A program made the position numbers and the translations under genes. DNA of 64,000 nucleotides from Felis catus (Eukaryota), in the NCBI RefSeq assembly GCF_018350175.1, contig NC_058383.1, positions 28,150,001 to 28,214,000 on the forward strand. Direction: 5' to 3'. Under the pieces are notes generated by a model that ran no database searches, had not been told where the DNA came from, and was given only the letters and a program-made list of their open reading frames with translations. Shown here one piece after another: positions 51,230 through 64,000 of the stretch (the stretch's first letter is position 1; each line of letters begins with the position of its first letter).

Positions 51230-51921
51230 GCCCTCTGCCCTCGCCTCGCCAACCCGGAGAGACTGCTGTGCCTTGGAGGTACAGGCGACCCAGGGGTCGT
51301 CAGTGGCACCTCAGTATTGGATCCAGACCCCTCTGATCTCTCGGAGGAAAATGGCAGAGAAAATGGCCGATCATCACAAACCCAGGAGGACGCAGCAACA
51401 CCCAGGTTGGCCTGATGAGGGCTCATCCCGCCGCATCCACCTTGGAGGGGCTCCCTGTGCTGCCCGCCCGTTGGCCTCACCTGAGGACCTTAGAAACCTG
51501 CACATGTCTGGGCTCCACCGCAGACCAAAGAAATCAGCATCTCTAGGGCTGGGGGGCCGGGACCGTGGTGTGTGTGTGCCTTTTACAAACCACCCCCTTA
51601 ATTCTGAGATGGTTGTCGAGTGACAAGCCACGACAAGAATCCAGAAAGTTCCTGCGTAGCTTTACTCTGTTTCCCCCACTAGTAACATCTTGAAAAACGA
51701 TAGTATAATCGGCCGATCTTGTTCGGATTTCCCGCTGTTACGTGGATGTGTGTGTGGATGTGTGTGTGCGCACGCGCATTTCTACGGAGGCTCCTGCACC
51801 TACCCCCACCAGACGGGATGCTGAACGTTTCCATTACCACAGGAACCCCTCTGCTTGCTTTCGTAACCATACCCACCTCCCTCCGCCCACAACTGCTGAC
51901 GCGTTCTCCGTTTTGGTACCT

Positions 51922-52113
51922 ATTTTTATTCATCTTGAGAGAGAGAGCACGAGCAGGGGAGGGACAGGAGAGGGAGAGAGAGAGAATCCCAAGCAGGCCC
52001 CACGCTGCCAGCGCAGAGCCCGACACGGGGCTCAAACTCATGAACCACAAGATCGTGATCTGAGCCAAAACCAAGAGTCAGACGCTTAACCGGCTGAGCC
52101 ACTCAGGCGCCCC
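51922..52113 (-). mobile_element. Can-SINE
   Basis: Antisense head, degenerate TSD ttgg(t/g)ac(c/g)tatttt. Confidence 0.87.
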
Positions 52114-52834
52114 TTGGGACGTATTTTCAAAGCTTCCGGAGTATTCCACACCTCTTGGTGCCCCCCTACCCTCGGAGATGAGCCCCTAAGAGTGTCTTAT
52201 CTGAACTGTCGCACCAGCCACACAACCCACACCAAGAGCAGACTGTCCCGGGAATGAGCACGTGCACACTTTCAACTCCATAAATAGGGTTCACGGAGCC
52301 AGCACCCCCAGACTCCCACTGAGAGAATCTCCTCACCGCACACTTCCTCCGTTTGTTGAAGACCAAATTCCAGCTCCCCAGGGGAGTCCCAATGGTGGTT
52401 GGGACATCCAGAGCAGCCAGAGGCCTGGATAGGGATGGTTCAGGGCTCGCTTTCGTGAGGGGGAGTCAACCATGCGCTGTGCTGCTCGGGCCGGTTTCCC
52501 ACGGCACTCGGAAATCGGATACGGGGCTCCTAAAACTGACTTCAGGCACCAGTCAAGGGGGACAAGAGTCTAAAATAGGCCAGCCTGAGGCCATACAGGC
52601 ATATAGCTGTGAAGGGCAGCCTGAGAAAGGAATCAAGTCCCTGGACCAGAACTTGAGGCCAGCCCCACGGTTCTTTAGTGACCTCACGGCATGGCTGCAG
52701 AGGTGAGCTGGGCACCAAATGCACACCCGATCGATGTTCACTATAGTCGGCAATCCTGTTCTATCTGAGGACCTCCGTGGGTCCTCCAGGGGGTAAAGGC
52801 TTTACACACTAGGATCTTTTTAACCACATCACTC

Positions 52835-52850
52835 TTTAAAAAATGTTTAT

Positions 52851-52900
<50 letters not shown>

Positions 52901-53033
52901 CTGGGGAGGGGCAGAGGGGGAGAGAGCATCTTAAGCGGGGTGCAGGCTCAGCGTGGAGTCCAATGTGGCTCTCCATCCCATGACCCTGAGATCATGACCT
53001 GAGCCGAAATTAAGAGTCAGGTGCCAGGCGCCC
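52835..53033 (-). mobile_element. Can-SINE with expanded (GA)n, adjacent to MER20-like relic (about 53035-53210)
   Basis: Antisense body; degenerate TSD tttaac..catcact. Confidence 0.85.
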
Positions 53034-54395
53034 TTTAACTGCATCACTGTTGACAGGTGGGCTGATAATTCTGGGTTGGGATGGACGTTCAGCAGCAGCC
53101 CTGTACTCTTTACTAGAGGCCAATAGCACTGTCACCTCCAGTTGTGACAGAAATGTCTCTAGATGCTGCCACTGTCCCCCAGGGGATCAATCACCTGGTG
53201 AGAGGCACTGGGCCTACCCGACCCGTGGTTAATCCGCTGAGACGTGGACAATGGCTGTGCTGGTATATCAAGAGGGGCCTGTGGACACCCACCTGCTTGC
53301 TGGGACCTGGAGCCCGCCCTGTCCCAGCCCGGTCACGGGGACTTTCAGCTGGTCCATTCAACATAGGGTTTTCAGCCCAGAGTAAACCAAAGTTAGATCT
53401 AATGGCAGTGCCTACCTCCCTTTGCCAAGGGGCGGCCAGAAGGTCCTGCTGTCGCCTTACAAGTAGAGTGGGAGGTCTGCGTCCCTCGCCTGCCCCTGGT
53501 CATGCCTACAAGGGGCCGGCCCCACCATCACTAGCACCTCCCAGCTCTGTTTTATAAACGAGGAAACTGAGGCTCAGTGAGTTCACATGACCTGCCAATG
53601 TCGCCCAGCTTGTAAGTGGCCGAGTGGGGGCTCTGCTCCTGGGTCTATTTACCACCACAGCCCAGGACGTGGCGTGGGGGGCGTCTGCCCAACTTTGAAG
53701 CAGAGGAAGGGACCAGACACAGCACTTTCCGTTTCTCTACTTGGAACGGAGCCCCCTGATGTCCGGGCAGAGCGACCGCAGGCCAAAGAGGCAGCCGCTG
53801 TGTGTTTGGCAAACTCACTGAGGGTCATTCGAAGGCTTCTTTCATGGAGGGAGGTGGTTGGCCAGCAGGCGGAGCGTGCGCCCGGGGAGCCAGCTCTAAT
53901 GAGGCTGTTGTTGGGCCCACACCACGGCTTCCTGGAGACTGGCCTGCAAGGGCCACCCAGGCCATCCGTCCCCCTGCCACAGGCTCGGTGGGGGGGGGCA
54001 CACAGATGCAGGAAAAGCCATGTACAGACCGTCTGTGGTCAGTGTCGGTCTCAGGTCCCGTCCCTTCACCTGTGTCCCCTCCCGTCACTGCAAACGCTTA
54101 CCAAGCCCTGCCCCAATGCCTGCCGCAGCCTTCTAGGGAACCCTTACAACGGGAGGAGGAAGGTCCCATCGTTATCCCCTTACTAGGATGCTTTGAGGAG
54201 GCCCCTTTTACAGATGAGAAAACGGACATAGCATAAGGAGGGATCCGAACCCAGGTGGCCGGGCTCCAGAGCTCATGCCCTATCCACTGTACCGCACTGC
54301 CTCTCGCACACTTCATTAGCTCTAAAACACCAGCTGGCTGCTAGTTGAATTCCACTCTGGTATCCCACCAGAAGCGAAGGAAAGGGCTCCTTTCC

Positions 54396-54615
54396 TTTTT
54401 TTTTTTTTTTCTCTTGGTTTATTTATTTTGAGAGAGAGAGAAAGAGAGCGAGCGCACAAGTGGGGCAGGGGCAGAGAGGGAGAGAGAACTCCAAGCAGAC
54501 TCCACGCGGTCAGCACAGAGCCCAACTCAGGGCTCGAACTCATGAGCTGTGAGATCATGACCTGAGCTGAGATCAAGAGTCGGATGCTGAACCAACTGAG
54601 CCCCCCAGGTGCCCC
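54396..54615 (-). mobile_element. Can-SINE
   Basis: Antisense head/tail. Confidence 0.88.
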
Positions 54616-54732
54616 AGGGCCCCCCTTTCCTTCTCGAGGCAAGGGATTTGTTCATGTGTCTTGACTGTGTCTCCCAGCACCTGGCATGGTGTGCAGCAAA
54701 CGAGAGTGCTCAGTAAGTGACAACTGCGTGAC

Positions 54733-54785
54733 TGGATGGATGGATGGACGGACGGACGGATGGATGGACGGACGGGCGGATGGAC
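54733..54785. repeat. (TGGA/CGGA)n microsatellite
   Basis: ggatggatggatggacggacggacgg... Confidence 0.9.
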
Positions 54786-57133
54786 AAAGCAATGAATCTT
54801 ACATCATCACGTAGGATGGTGTCCTGAGGGCCGGCTGTGGTGCTGGGTGCTTTACCTGGATCTTTTTCCATCCCCACACCCACCTGGCCTGGTGGACATA
54901 ATGATCCCAGCTGTACCAAGGAAGAAACCACAGGTGCCGAAAGGCAAGTTCTCGAGTCCCCGATGACTTCGCACTTGGCTCAGGGCCCGGCACAGAGGGC
55001 TTGTCCTGGATCAGAGAACCCGGTCACTTGGATACATGCTACATGCCCGTGGTGGGCCATTCATCAGGGAATAAACAGATCAACCCCCTGCTCTCACAGA
55101 GCAGCCACTGTACCACCACCAGGGGAGGGACCAGCAAGAGGCAAGACCCTCTTGGTCTTGCATCCTTGGGCCTGCATCCTGCACCCTGGAACACCAGCAG
55201 AGTGTGACTTGTGGCTGGAGAGGCCAGTGAGGTGGCCAGAAGGGAGCTGCGGGCAGAGGTCACGGGAAGCCAGATTACGTGGGGTGTCTGGGTGCCGAGA
55301 TGGGGACCGCAGGAGGGTTGTGATGTGATTTTTTTACAGACTTGCTGCAGGGAGGGGGCGGCCAGGGCAAAAGCGGGGAAACCACTGAGGTGGTGGCTGT
55401 CACAGGAACACGAGAGAGAGACCAGCGTGGCAGGAATGGGAGGGAAGAGAAGCGGTCTGATTGGGAGTGTTTTTCTGGAATGAGCTGCAGGAACCGCACG
55501 GGGTGTGAGAATGAACGGCGGACAAGAGCTCAACACTGGGAGGCACCATGTCCACTGCCCGCTCCCCTCTGGCCCAGGGGTCCCTTCCCGTGTGAGCAAC
55601 GCTCCGCACTGAGCCCAGGGCCTGGCACACGGCAGGTGCCGTCTCCCTCCACGTTAGGAAAGCGCTCACCCGGACCATACCTGGACGAGCAGGCGCCCCT
55701 GCCCCAACCCTGGCGCTTCTGGCTTCCACCTTCTTCAGGGTTAATGCGGCTTGCGGCCTTCTCTTCGTAAAGCAGAAGGAGCTCGGACTCAGGCCTGGGA
55801 CCCTCTGGAGTCCCAGTTGTCTCACAAAGCACACCCGTAGGCACACGCTCAGATACCTGTTTAACAGACCCGGCTGGGGGTTTTAGTGATTCAGGGTCAG
55901 GCTCCACAGAGACAGGAGACAGGAGCACACCTCCCTTCTCAGACCGACACCCCCCCACCCCTGCCCCGACCCGGCACGTATAAATACCTCCTTCCAATGG
56001 TAACACCCTGACGGGAGCCCTGTACTGAACACTCAGGCTTCAGTCCCTAAACGCAACGACGTAGGAGGCAAAGGTGTCGGTCCAGGGACAGCAATGTCGG
56101 AGGGAAGACCGGCAGGGTCGGGAAGCTCCCTCTGCACATTTACTTGGTGCGCGGTTTTAGGGTGCAGCAGAAATGGCCTGCTCCCCAACTACAGGGAATT
56201 CTTCACCATCGAGACTCGTCCAATTCAAACTCAGAAACCGAACATGCCAGCCTCACTCACGCACTATCCAAACCCCAGAAAACGTGCGAGTGACTGCAGG
56301 GAGAGGTACTGCTCTCCCTTACGCGCCCCTGCACTTCCCAGCCTCTTTTGCGGTGTGGTTGGGGCCGGAGGACTGATTCCAGCCAACGGGCTGAGTGGAG
56401 CTGACTTGTGTGGCTTCTGGTTTGGGACACTGAAAAATGGGTGTCCATCACCCGCACTTTCCCCTCCCCTGCTGTGGTCTCTGGAAGCCAGCCTCGAGAG
56501 GTGATGTCAAAAGCCCAGAAGGGCCTGGATCGCTAAGCTGCTGCATGGAAGGCAGGGACCCTAGAGAGGCACCCGATGCTCATCAAGACACAGGAGTGAG
56601 AAACAAACCCTTTTGTTCATTTCCTAAGAGTTTAGGGCTAATTTGCTAACTGCAGGACAGCCTGTCCTGTCCTGATGCAAAGGGATTTGCTAGGGTCATT
56701 TTGGCCACATGGGACTTTCACCCTCCTTGTGTCTTAGAACCTGACCAGGGTTGTGCCTATCAGACACACTGCTGCTTGTCTCCACAATCCCAGGAGGCGG
56801 GTATGATCAGCCCCATCTTACAGATGAGGCTGCCGAGGCACAGAGACCAAGCGGCTCACACAGGGTCACACGGCCAGTGAATCCAAGGGTGGGATTCAAA
56901 CCCAGCCTCTGTCCACTGTGCCACGCCGACTCCCCGCTACACTGCACCTGCTTAACCTCTAAGGTCCCATGTCCGGACGAGAGCTCCCGCTGGAGACGAC
57001 AGGTGTGCCAAAGAGAAAGAAGAGAAGCAGACGAGAGGGCACCCAGTCCTGACTCCTGAAGGACAGGGCTGAAGCCTCTGCTAACGCCCCAAGAACACAG
57101 GACCACTGTTCAGTAAGAAACAAAATATTTTTT

Positions 57134-57139
57134 TTTACT
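57134..57139 (-). terminator. Candidate variant poly(A) signal AGTAAA for ABCC1
   Basis: AGTAAA at the end of an AU-rich block about 1.6 kb after the stop, followed by U/GU-rich sequence; no AATAAA seen on - strand between stop and here. Confidence 0.5.
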
Positions 57140-58722
57140 GCAAATTACTTGCAAATGTTCACGTTTCCAGTGTAAGTCGTTAGAAAAAGATCCCCAAGAA
57201 AAACTTGGTTTATCTAGTGTGAAAGAATGGTATAACTTACAAAAAAAATAAATATGTATTTCCACCTAAAAGAAAGATGCTTCTCTGGGTTTGAAGTCAG
57301 CAACGTAGTTCATAGCAAGTATGAATCTTGGAGTAGCAGTGACCTTCCTCTGCTTTGGGGTCTCACTGTGCTCCCTGAGAGCTCTAAACAGGACGGGCCT
57401 CGAAGGACTCTGCCTCTCCATTCTCCTCCAGGAACACGTGGACCAGCTGTCAGAAGCCGGCCGACGTGGCCATTCCCTGGGAATGCTGCTCCTTGGCTAA
57501 CCCTTCCTCCCAAGAAATTAAAGTCTTGAGACTGTTTTTCTCCCTAGAGCAGCATTTGAAGGAAAAAAAAAAAAAAGAAGAAAGAAAAAGCAGCAGTCAC
57601 TGATATTCGTGAATGGGTCCTTTTCTCATCCTGGAAGAGACTCAGTAATGAAATGTCGAGTTCTCCACACTGCCACCTTCAAGCTAACCAGATGCCAAGG
57701 GCGAGAAAAGAAATCTAAATACTCGGAGGCGCGGAGGGGGATCAACAGGGCTCATTTAGGTACCAACGCGTTGTACTTAGGAGGTACCTGGTGCTCCCTT
57801 GACCTTGACCGCTTCATAACCATTGGCAGATCTTCTCTCTCAGGGACTACAGAAGTAGAGCCATTCTAGCAACGGGTAGGAAGAGGGAGGAAGAAGAGCA
57901 GGGAGAAGACTGGAGCAGACAAGGAGCTGAGCAGCCAGGCTGGGGAGTCAGCACTGAGATGATCTCCGAGCCAAGACAGCCCACAAGTCCTGCTGAGTCC
58001 CATCAGTGAGAAGTCCATGGAGATGGAGGCTGGCCCCATGTGTGACACATGTACCAGTGAAGTGGGGCTGGGACATCAGTACCTAGCGTCTGAGAGCCTG
58101 GAAGACCAGACGGTTGGTGACAGGAGAGTCCTTGGCTCAAGGTACTGCCCGAGGGTGAGAATGATCTTCCCAGGCCCCTCACCTCCCACCTGCAGCCCCG
58201 AGGAAACAAAGCATTCTGGGAGGAGCCAGACAAGGAAGGACGTCAGAGGCGCCACGGGCAGCTGTCGGGGGCCGGCGAGCTTCTCAAAGACGGAATCCAC
58301 AGACTTTGGCTGGAGAGATCTGAGGCAGTTGGCTGGATTTGGTCACTAGCATATTTTACAAAACCCATTTCTCCGGCTGTCTGGCCACCAAACCTCCTAA
58401 CAAAGCACCAAGAGCACAAGTGTGCACTCCCAGGGGCGTGAGAACGTATGTACATCTTGTAGGGGCAATGGAGGTGAGGGTGGGAGTGTTTGGGGGGGGC
58501 TGCATCTCTGGGTCTCTCCTGGTGCTTCATGGTCAGTTCCAGGTTGGGGGCCGGATGGGCTGCTTTGTGTGTGTTTTCATTTTTTTCTTTTTTGTTTTTT
58601 TTTTTTCTTTTTTCTTTTTGGTTTCAGTAGACAGGAGGCTTGGGTTCCCCAGAACAGCGCCTCATCCCTGGATGCTGCCCTGTCAGCCCTGTAATTCCGA
58701 CCAGATGCACCAGCTATGGGGC

Positions 58723-58831
58723 TCACACCAGGCCAGCATCTTTGGCCATGCTGTAGAAAAGACCTCTCTCCTGCAGGAGGTCCAAGGGATGGCCACACTC
58801 CCGGATTTCTCCTTTGTCTAGGACGATTACC
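58723..58831 (-). CDS. ABCC1: ABCC1 exon 31 coding part (109 nt incl. TGA)
   Basis: tgcag|GGTAATC...[19 protein letters not shown]...AKDAGLV*. Confidence 0.96.
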
Positions 58832-59355
58832 CTGCAAGAGGAGGGGACACAGACATGAGGGACAGGCAAACAGTTGGCACCCTGGGCCCCCAAGAGCCAC
58901 ATGACCAACTCCCTGCTTTGGGTCAGGGCCCTAATGCCTCGTGTTAGGACTGGTGCAGTAGCCTTCCAACTGGCTGCCCATCCTCAATCCCTCCTCTTGT
59001 CACTAAGTCCTGTGATGCTTACACTCATGACTGGCTGTCACTTCTTACATTTCCTTCCCGGAGCAATCACCTTTTGTTCGTTGCTGTGTTTGCTGTCTGT
59101 ATCCATACACAGCCCCCAACTAACCTATCAGGTCCCTCAGGCAGGCTCCTTCTCTGATACCTCCTTGCTGAGTCCCCAGTGCCTAGAACAGGACCAAGAA
59201 TGTGGCAGGGACTTCACACACGTATGTTGATTGAATCAATAATGGAGTGATGCCAGAAACACCCAGCGTAAAGAGAGGGCTGTGACTAGACACGGATGAT
59301 GCTGTACAAACGGGTAAATCCCAAGGCTGACAGGCCTTCTATGCCAGCAGCATCA

Positions 59356-60198
<843 letters not shown>

Positions 60199-60622
60199 CT
60201 GGAGCAGGACTCTGGTTTGCTGTTGTGCCAGACATGAATACTTTGGTTGCTGGGTCATGGGTGGATCCTGGGACGAGGGCCAACGCAGCTGGGGCAGTGA
60301 GCGGTGACTCAGAGGGCTCAGAAAAGTGCTATTAACCGACTGACAGAGAAGCTTTTCAACAGTTTAACAAGCAACAGTCACTCTCAATTGAATAAATCTG
60401 GTGGAAGGAAGGAACCATATTAGCCATCCCGGTTATAGCTCATGGTAAAAAGTAAGTCTGGACTGAAACCCATTTCACAGATACTGAAACTGAGGCTCCA
60501 AGAGGTTAAGAGAAATTGGCTTGTCTGTGGCAGAGCTGGGACTCAAACCCAGGTCGGACACATATGCATAAGGACCAAGGCTGAGCCGAGGAGACCCGGT
60601 CAGGGCCTCGCATGCCTGCCTA

Positions 60623-60826
<204 letters not shown>

Positions 60827-61288
60827 TCACATCATGTTGGGTAGGGATGAGGCAGAAGGCTGGGGTGTGAAAACTTCTGATAGGGTCCCAGGGCTCCTTG
60901 GAATCACCCTTTCTGGAGACGTTAATAATGGGGGGAAAACAGTTTGGAAAACCTTGGGTTAAGTGAAATAAAATAGATTTCTTGTTGTAAGACTTTCCAG
61001 AGGCTTCAATATGCAAATGTACTGGAACCTTCCAGAAGAGAGAAGCAGCCTGGGTAATCCCTGATCATCAAGTGCCATGGATTCCTCCCTGTTCCCTGCC
61101 TACAAAGTACAGTCTTAGAAAAAATCTTAGAGAAAATAACATGACAAGTAAACACATTAGGGAATCACCACCTACAGAAATCAATCTAGAAAATCCATTT
61201 TCCTCTCCTGGCTCTTGAGAGACTTATTCTTGTCCCGACTGGAGCCAGCAGGAGTGAAGAAATGATATCCAGTTAATTCCCACTGTTA

Positions 61289-61648
<360 letters not shown>

Positions 61649-61814
61649 TTACCTCTTGGCCTCCCCCAGGGGGCCCGCATTTCAGGTATCCACCCTAGAG
61701 CAGTTCAGTCACCTGGTCGACCCAGTGTCTACCACAGCCCTCCCCATCAGTAGCTTCCCAGGGACATTCCTTCAGGGGCTGTTTTGGCCAAGGGTGAAGA
61801 AGGACTTCTGTCTC

Positions 61815-61996
61815 GGGGCGCCTGGGTGGACCAGTCGATTAAGCATCTGACTTTGGCTCAGGTTATGATCTTGCAGATCATGAGTCTGAGCCCTGCATCG
61901 AGCTCTCTGCTGTCAGTGCACTGCCTGCTTTGGATGTCTGACCCCCTACCTCTCTGCCCCTCCCCAGCTCGTGCTCTGTCAAAATAAATAAAAAAG
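61815..61996 (+). mobile_element. Can-SINE
   Basis: Head, tail, TSD-like ggacttc. Confidence 0.87.
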
Positions 61997-62915
61997 GGGA
62001 CTTCCTTCTCTTTGTCAGCTCTTTTTATAAGTTAAAATTATAATCACTTCTTTTGATAAGTGAGCACAGATCTCCCAAAGAGGGCTCAGGCAGAAGGGGT
62101 TTTCCATAAAGCCCCATTTGTTTTCAACTCTCGAAAATACTGGTAATCAGGTATTTTCCCCCTACTGTTTTTCAGTCCTTTGATGGTGAGTTTCCCATCC
62201 CGAGCTGCTGAAATATCTCAAAGATTCAAGCAGATCCCCCTGCACGCCACACCTTCTCCCCTCGACCCCAGCTGCATGAGCAAAAAAGAGGTTATGGGTA
62301 GGACCGGTCTCCCTGTTCAGTGGCCAATGATGGACATTCCTGACACCCAGTTACAACTCTTGACTTCTCATCTGGGCTCTTGAAAGGCAGGCTTCCTCCA
62401 ACCTCTAACAAAAATGTCACAGAGGAGAGTCTCATGATACAACATAAACCATAAAGCCTCAGTGAGAACACCACCCACTCTATTCTTCCCCTTGTTCTTA
62501 GAGAAATTATCTCACGGGAATAAAACATTCTGAGCCTCGCAGCAGGAACGGCTTAACAAACACACACGTTTAGAGATGAAGGAAACACTGTCCCATGGCA
62601 GGTGACCAGGAAGACCCTTAAGTCTGATTCCTGAGGAGGGTCTAAAGGTCTCAGGGCAAGGACGTCTTACAGGAGCAGCCTGGGACCAGGGGTACATTCC
62701 AAACTTCTGACACCCTCACATGTTCATCGAGCCATCCCTACTAGTGATGACAGCATCTTCCTATTGTAGAGCTGGCAAACCTGAATGCCTGCAGGGGACA
62801 GCTAGGCACACTAGTGAGACAGGGAGGGACAGGGTGAGCTGAGAAGCTCTTGTCTGGTCTAGAAAAAGCCAGGCAGTGAGTGTAAGCCCAGTGTTGCTAC
62901 ATGTTCTGATCTTTC

Positions 62916-63134
62916 TTTTTTTTTTTTAAATGTTTATTTATTTTTTCTGAGACAGAGAGAGACAGAGCATGAACGGAGGAGGGACAGAGAGAGGAGACAC
63001 AGGATCTGAAAGGGGCTCCAGGCTCTGAGCTGTCAGCACAGAGCCCGACACGGGGTTCGAACTCACGGACCATGAGATCATGACCTGAGCCGAAGTCAGA
63101 CGCTTAGCCAACTGAGCCACCCAGGCGCCCCCCC
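62916..63134 (-). mobile_element. Can-SINE
   Basis: Perfect 16-bp TSD catgttctgatctttc. Confidence 0.92.
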
Positions 63135-63226
63135 TTTTTTTTTTCATGTTCTGATCTTTCAAGAAAAGCAGGAAGTGGATCTTTACAGAAGGCACACCAG
63201 ATTTTTCTTAATTTTCAACATACTCA

Positions 63227-63712
<486 letters not shown>

Positions 63713-64000
63713 CTACCTCTCAAACACACCTGCGTACCTCGCTGCTGGGCCTTTGCACCTGCAGGTGCCCCTGTCTGGAATGCTCTTTCCCAAACTACCC
63801 TCTCGTGCGCTCCCTGGCATGCTGCAGATCTTCCGCCAATTCAGACCACCCCCTGCCTCTGTGCCCTCCGTCCCCTCCCCTGCTTCGTTCTCCTCCAGAC
63901 CACCGGGCACCTCCTAGCACCGCAGGTGTGCATTAATTCGCTTATTCTGTCACCCACGCCCCCTGGACCATCTCTGTCAGGACCGGTTCTTCCCCTGCTC

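Noticed and set aside
53587..56006. Several 140-200 aa ORFs between ABCC6 and ABCC1
   Set aside because: GC-rich sequence with old repeat fragments; no recognisable domain or splice structure

Overview
Mammalian (felid, most likely cat-lineage) genomic DNA, judged by about 28 tRNA-derived carnivore SINEs including young felid-type copies. The + strand carries ABCC6 (MRP6) exons 2-31 (968..51229); exon 1 lies upstream of the window. All 30 exons have GT-AG boundaries and splice into one uninterrupted 4473-nt frame, so the gene looks intact. The - strand carries the last five coding exons (27-31) and the 3'UTR of the paralogue ABCC1 (MRP1), tail-to-tail with ABCC6; the stop codons are about 7.5 kb apart. 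The introns hold Can-SINEs, L1 3' ends, two copies of one LTR family, MaLR LTRs, hAT MITEs (MER20/MER58/MER5/MER53) and simple repeats. I see no evidence of a wholly new multi-gene system. The best second-look items are: an L1 3' transduction nested in intron 29; a MER53 hairpin carrying a miR-1302-like seed in intron 10; a premature stop in the URG7-type intron-2 read-through frame; an in-frame cryptic donor in exon 8; Cys at the position of human E1400; and no canonical poly(A) signal near either gene end. Comparisons with human sequences and repeat consensus names are from memory and need confirming by alignment.
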